This document shows, in pieces, positions 39,594 through 46,058 of a stretch of 46,058 nucleotides of DNA. The first letter of the stretch is position 1, and the number at the start of each line of letters is the position of its first letter. Position numbers and translations under genes: made by a program. The notes below the pieces were generated by a model. It was not told the DNA's origin and did no database searches. It saw only the letters and a program-made list of their open reading frames with translations. Source of the DNA: Bigelowiella natans CCMP2755 (Eukaryota; Protista; Cercozoa); assembly GCA_000320545.1 (NCBI GenBank), contig ADNK01002885.1, positions 1 through 46,058 on the forward strand, read 5' to 3'.

Positions 39594-40029
39594 TAGCAAG
39601 TCATTGATGCACAAATATCGATAATGAAATATGTATGTGTTGGGATTCGAGGACCACGGCCCATCCTAGCGACGATAGCTGCGTGAGGCGCGGCATCTCA
39701 GTCGTGCAATGGTCATCCCAACGCACATGCCATATGTAACACACATCACACGTAGTTTCATACATGTGTCCAAAGATGTGCGGTCGCGCTGTGTGTGAAA
39801 CACCGAGATATGTTGTGTCTTGTGCACGTTCATTCACGACGTCGTGATCAACGATCAATCAAAGTTAAAAAGAAGGCAAATGCAACTAGCCAACCGTCAT
39901 CAGAGTGCACCAGTGCATTGTGCATGCTGTGTTGACTGCACTGGTTCAAGCGTGCTGGCGCGCGTGCAGCGTTCAGTGTGATCGGAGTAAAAATCCAACA
40001 GAGAAAATGGAAGCTCAACAGAAAACCAA

Positions 40030-40880
40030 AACCACGTGCAAATCGTGCTCACTGTAAAGCCTTGAAGGCTCCATGGCGTACGCACGTGCACGAACATGTG
40101 TTGCGCGGTGTTTTTTGTGTCAAGTGTTGCAACGCACACCAACACTGGCGGAAAGTGCAGATTTTCCATCATCGCTTAGGAAGAAGAATGCAGATGTGAC
40201 ACCAAAAAGGACACCACAAATGTAGTGGATGACACATGTGCTGACAGGCTGCACGCCACAGAGCCTTGAAGGCTCCGTGTCACGAAATCATCAAAGTGCG
40301 CAAAAAAGAATTTGTCATCATTGATGTCTAGATGTGTTCGATGTGGGAGAAATGAGAATTCCTGCAGAATTTGTTGGTGAGCATTTTGGATCAGCATTGG
40401 CATGTGCATGTGTGCCTCTGCCTGCCCATCACAGTTTTCAAGGATCATCAGTTGCGATGGACCTGTCACTGTGTTTGACACCAACACCTGTGCTAGCTGA
40501 GGAATTGATCGCAAGTGGCCATTGACTGCCATGGCTCGCTCAACTGATCTGTCACAAATGCAAGTGCATCAACACAGCGACAAGGAATGCTGCAGATCAA
40601 AGGAAAGTGTGATTCATCAAAAACTGCGAATGAAAACAGCTTCACACAAATCTCAGGACAAAAGAGCTGGCAGAACATTGGGATGAAAAGGAACACATCG
40701 ATGATGAATGGATGAGCAGAATCGCTGGTAAACATCCTTTTTGTCCTGTGTGCAAATGCAAATTTGCTGCTGATGATGTTTCATTTCTGTGGATGGAATC
40801 AACAATGATCTGTCCCACCTCTGGAATGACTGCAGACTGGCCCGTGCTAGTGTGTGGATTGCAATCTGAGTGGAAACAAC
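40030..40880 (+). mobile_element. Degenerate Polinton-like/viral relic: SF1 (RecD/Pif1-like) helicase C-terminus fused to an HNH/EndoVII-type nuclease; frameshifted
   Basis: Across frameshifts: EHF...HSFQGSSV.DGPVTVFDTN...DRKWPLTAMARSTDL (helicase motifs V-VI), KTASHKSQDKRAGR..EHIDDEW...CPVCKCKF, and ISVDGINNDLSHLWNDCRLA[8-bp insertion]CVDCN (the DRxxNxxxHxxxNxxxxCxxCN motif). Family assignment is from recalled motifs. Confidence 0.68.
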
Positions 40881-41696
40881 CAACAGACCTATCTGTCCAT
40901 CATTTGGTGGATGCACTCCTCAGGATGTTGAATTTGAAGATGGCTTTGAGGATCAATGGGTGAAACCTGGGTGCGAAAACACCATCACCGGGCTGGAGCT
41001 TTGAGGCATCGTGTTCCCGCCATCGGCCACACGTGTCAGTTCTTCACCGGAGACTCTCCCAGTCCCGACACTAACGGACACTAACGGCGGAACACTAACG
41101 GGCAATAATAAGTGCGTGTTGTGCATGGACCAGATTCAAATGATGATGGTCAAATTTGCAAAGGGAAAACATCGTGAACCCAACATGAAATTAACGCTTG
41201 AAATCAGTCAAGTCGTTATTGCACATTCCGCGCGCGTCTCATTCAGAGACAAGTCCGTGAAATAAATCTCCTGGAAGTCTCCGCGGACCTTGTCAACTGG
41301 TCAGATGCGTCGTGTCCAAACTTGAGACATGAGTTGCCGTGCGTGTGCTGCAATATTGTTCGTTTAAGTTCGAATATTGACAACTTTCACCTGCATTTTA
41401 TCCTTATTTGGTAGAATTTAAATCTCCCATTACAGCAATTAAGTGAGTCCTGGTCAAGCACGTGGGTTTATGGGGGGGGACACATTAAAAAATCAAACGT
41501 TCTTTTGCTCGAACATCTCACCATAGGGAAAACCTAAAATTAGAAAGGGATTGTAGGGTACTTATTTGTATAAAGTTTTCAAATTTTGGGAAGGGGATGG
41601 TTCGATAAGGAGATTTGCTGCGTGTTAGCTGACAGCTGTCTGCGATGTTCGCAGCAGGAGAAGAAGAGAGAACGACGGGAGAGTGAACACTGCATC

Positions 41697-41969
41697 ATGG
41701 CATCTAAGGAGGAAAAGAAGGTACCTGTCTTTACTTTGATCGAATTTTCCAGTTACATCTTGCTTCACAACGGGGAGTTAGAGAACGAGCAGAAATGATG
41801 ATAGACGGACATGAGAATTTTGTTACACCTAACCGATAACCAATGGCATCAGGGGGAGGGAAAGGCAGCCACCTTTCAACTAGGTAAGAATGATGCTGCT
41901 GCCTATATTGTTTTCGTCGTAGAATTTTGGCTTTTCCTTCCTCCTCCGCACTTCCGTCTGATTCTGCAT

Positions 41970-42008
<39 letters not shown>

Positions 42009-44228
42009 ACACTCAACCCCACGCTCATATGCCCAGTCATAGTAGAGATAATAGCTTTCACAAGTATAAAGTAATATACGTGTTTGTATAAAGTAATATA
42101 CGTGTTTGTGTTGAGTGTATAGTTAAAAGCTTCTTTGTGATTGTATCACCAATGAACGCTGCTAAGCTGACTATTAACTAAATCATCATCAACTCACAGT
42201 CGAAGACTCTCCTAAATTTCCTAAAATCGAGGAAGATATGCTCAAACAGTGGAAAAAGAATAACACATTTCAGGTTGGTACGATAGCTTCTATTACGCGT
42301 GTTGTCTGCGTGTCTCCCCCCTTTTCTCTCCCTCAAAATCTCTCTCCTTACTGCTGTCGTTTAATCACATATTCACTCAGGAATCTTTGAAAAGATCTAA
42401 AGAGGCGAAACTTCCAGAATACATGTTTTACGACGGTCTGATATATGATTGATTGCTAGCATTACGAACGGATCTTACCACCATCTCACTACCTACTATC
42501 ATCATTGCTATGGTTACTACTACTTCTACTACTACTACTACTACTACTACTACTATTACACCATTTTTGTCGTCTATTTGATCATGATCATCCATGATAA
42601 CTTAGGACCTCCTTTTGCAACTGGATTGCCGCACTACGGTCACATATTGGCAGGAACCATCAAGGTATTTTAGTCACATTCTTGGTGTAATAATAGGTAA
42701 CACCAAGATCTAATAATGATGATGGAAATAATTCTGTGTTTAAATCAACACTATTTTTGTTATCTCACAGGACATCGTAACGAGGTATGCTCACCAAACG
42801 GGTCACCACGTTGAGAGACGATTTGGTAAAACACACGTAACATATCATACAGCAACAACTACTGAAGAATTATGTTCAATACATGCGCTAAGTACTGATT
42901 ATACTTGTGGCTAGAAAAATGGGTGATATATACAAGGCAAGAATGATAAGAAGATGCGTGTGCTATCTAAGACATTAATATGTATGAGAGAGCAAAAGCT
43001 AGGATGATAGTTTGATCCTCAAGAGTAAATCCTTCCTTAACGTACGATGTGAATGTGTGTTGGTGGTGGTATTCAGGTTGGGACTGCCATGGTCTGCCAG
43101 TTGAACATGAAATCGATAAGAAGCTTGGAATTAAGGTAGTAGTAGTAGTAGTATCTAAGGATGGGGGGGGGGAAGGGGACGAGATGAGGAGAAGATGAGG
43201 CCTGTTTGTTAACAGCGTATCAAAGAGTATTAGCTTCTATAAAGCAAACTGCAAGTTGTTCGTTGTAATGCATGAATGAATGACCGTGTTGGCATTAGAC
43301 TAAGGAGGATGTAATGGAGATGGGAATCGATCGATACAACGCAGAATGTAAGAATTAAAAAATGGACTATTTGTTGTTGTCATCATCATCGCCTTCGTCG
43401 TTGTACCAAACTGTTTTGTCATATTATACACCCCCGTCGCTCATTATTTTATTGTACGATTACTCCTTCAACATCATTGCCCTTGTCTTGTACCCCAGTA
43501 AGTAAAAAACCATATTAAAGGGGGGGGCTGTTACTTCGTGTGTGGTGATCATCCTGTGTGTATCTCACTTGTGCATGCTGCTGCTGCTGCTCAGGTCGTT
43601 CCATTGTGATGCGGTATTCTGGCGCATGGAGAGATATTGTCACGAGGTAACCTGCCGTCATTGTTGCTACTGTTAATTTTGGAATTATTTAAGTAAATGC
43701 TCTTATCCACTGTCTGTTTCTGTTTTGTAACCCAGTTTGTTTGTTTGTTTTAATAATGCCCTTTGGTTGGTTGGTTGGTTGGTTGTTGTAGGTGTGGGCG
43801 ATGGATTGACTTTGACAACGACTACAAAACCCTAGATACTTCCTTTATGGAGAGGTACTACGACAACATCATCTACTCTTACGTTACTACAAAGAGGAGG
43901 AGGAGGAGGAGGAGGAGGAGGAGGGAGGAGGGAGGAGGGAGGAGGGAGGAGGGAAGAGGAGTAAGGCAACGTCAACCAACCAATCATCACATGTTCCACC
44001 ATTCAAATCGTAGGTATTTTCACATTGAAATCATGACTAAATGTTGCTATTTTGTCGACTTTGACGTGTTGTATGATTGGTAGTGTCTGGTGGGTATTCA
44101 AGCAGCTTTTCGAAAAGAAGCTTGTGTACAGAGGATTTAAGGTATTAGCCATGATGATGATGATGATGCTTCTTGCTGCTGCTTCTGTTGGTGGTAGTTG
44201 TGTTGGTGAAGATGCGCTCTCAATGATG

Positions 44229-44277
<49 letters not shown>

Positions 44278-44828
44278 TTCTCTCTATCTCTCTGTGATTC
44301 TTTTACTGAATTGGTATTAATGTGTTGTTCTGTCTGAGTTACTTATTATTGGCTACTAGGTTATGCCGTACTCAACAGCCTGCACGACGCCTCTTTCAAA
44401 CTTCGAGACGCAGCAAAACTATCAAGATGTCAGAGATCCAAGTGTAATCGTTAGCTTTCCAGTCGTCGGTGGGAAGGACGTAGTAGGAGGTAGGTCAATA
44501 TGAAGCATTCATCATATCCATGATGATGATGTTATATTTATACATATATAATGAATATTTTTATATATATTGCACAACTGCAGCGTGTTGTTTGTTCCAC
44601 TTCTAAGGAGTAGTCTTGTACTGCCTTGATGATGATGATGATAATAACGTGTTGATCACGATGTAAGGCGGTGAGGAAACAGTGCATTTACTGGCATGGA
44701 CGACAACGCCATGGACACTTCCATCGAACGTGGCGTTGTGCGTCAACCCTAAATTCACATATGTTAAGGTAGGAGAACAAGAAGAGGAACAACAACAACA
44801 AGAAGAAGAAGAAGAAGGAATAAATACG

Positions 44829-44885
<57 letters not shown>

Positions 44886-46058
44886 TAATGTTACTGCTAC
44901 TACCACCACCAAATAATGAATTGGTTTACAGTGGAACAAGTCAGAGAGATAAACAATTAAGGGAGTGGTGTGGGATGTGGGCAAGATGAAGAAGAAGAAG
45001 AGAAGTAACACATGAATCATGGGCATTTTCTCTCGGTCCCCCACCAACTTCTCCCCCCTCTCTTCTCTCTTCTTCCCTCTCTTTCCGAGCGCGTGCATGT
45101 GCACTACCATTGTTACCATCGTGTTCTCTCGTCTATTCTCCTCTCTTTCCTTCCTTTGTCTCGATAGAAATGTATTTGTCGTTGGTTCATTGCATCATAG
45201 TCATCATCACCATCAATTACCATCATCATAGCTCAAAGATAACAAGAGAAACAAGATATTCATCATGGCTAAGTCGCGTCTCAGCTTCCTATACAGAGAG
45301 TAATAAATAACCACAACTTGCTAGATGATCGAAATATGATGATGATGATGATTCATTTGTTGTATAAACACAAACGATGATACTCCTGGAAACACGTTCT
45401 TATGAAGTCATGTCTAGTCCCCCGTAATAGCAGCAGCAAGCACTTGTTATATCCCTTAAGTATTCTACTATTAGTTTTCTTCATCTGACCGCTAAGACCT
45501 AAGCAACGTTCCTCCTAATACTACGTGATATCATTGTTGTGCAGTACGAAGAAGAAAAACACTGATCAGAAACAAGGCGGCGGCAAGAAGAAAAAGGTAT
45601 TAATAAGCCCCTTTAAGAAGAGGAGGAAGAGGAGGGAACCAACGCAATACACAATCCAATCAAATTCAATCCAAGCTGCTCAATAATAGCGATGATTCAT
45701 GTATGGTGTGAATACTATGTTCAGTCGAAGAAAAAGAAGAAGAAGAAGAAAGGAAATGATGCAGCAGCAGCGCAACCTGCAAAGAAAGCTGATGCCAAGG
45801 AAAAGGTTAGAAAATGATGATGATGATGACGACGATGATGATGATGAAGATACGATATGCTCTTGCCACGACAATATTCAGTGTTTTCTCTAAACTGCTG
45901 CTACTACATTATGAGTACAAAAGTACTTAAGTCTTGCTCACTATTTGACTGGTATAATATGAGCAGGAAGAAGGGGACAAAGTCAGAGGAGAAAAGGTCT
46001 GAACTTTAGTGATGATGATGATGTTAATGATGATGATGCTGATAGTCATGATGATGAT
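41697..46058 (+). CDS. IARS1: Isoleucyl-tRNA synthetase, cytosolic type, 5' part (runs off window)
   Basis: Exons give FYD|[20 protein letters not shown]|[18 protein letters not shown]|[43 protein letters not shown]|[16 protein letters not shown] and [20 protein letters not shown]. The HIGH-like HYGH motif is present. Start is MASKEEKK at 41697. Confidence 0.96.

Noticed and set aside
41068-41295. acactaacgg x3, and acaagtccgt matching part of the MITE TIR at ~41249
   Set aside because: The matches are only about 10 bp with no convincing partner TIR or TSD. There is too little evidence for an element, and it is not a CRISPR array.

Overview
Left end of a chromosome from an intron-rich, microsatellite-rich eukaryote. 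It probably has a complex plastid (possibly a chlorarachniophyte); this is inferred from TTAGGG telomeres and a signal-plus-transit leader on nitrite reductase. I reconstructed the spliced genes by eye. In order they are: telomere; ESS2/DGCR14 splicing factor (-); synaptobrevin/VAMP (+); TPR + RPAP3_C co-chaperone (-); calmodulin-like EF-hand protein (+); a tandem-GAF + C2H2 zinc-finger transcription factor (+); an apparently truncated nitrate reductase (-); ferredoxin-nitrite reductase (+); and the 5' part of cytosolic isoleucyl-tRNA synthetase (+). Two things stand out. (1) Intergenic islands holding a MITE, a LINE tail, a Polinton-like helicase/HNH relic and the subtelomere have lost almost all TpA dinucleotides, and the survivors are mostly in CTAG. 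Reversing TG/CA to TA restores conserved protein motifs and a TA target-site duplication. This points to a repeat-targeted A:T->G:C hypermutation, the mirror image of fungal RIP. (2) A nitrate-assimilation cluster carries a candidate regulator that couples NLP/NreA-like GAF domains to C2H2 fingers instead of RWP-RK. Its nitrate reductase seems to lack the heme-ligand HPGG motif and the FAD/NADH module. All exon boundaries are manual predictions, and family assignments come from recalled motifs, not database searches.
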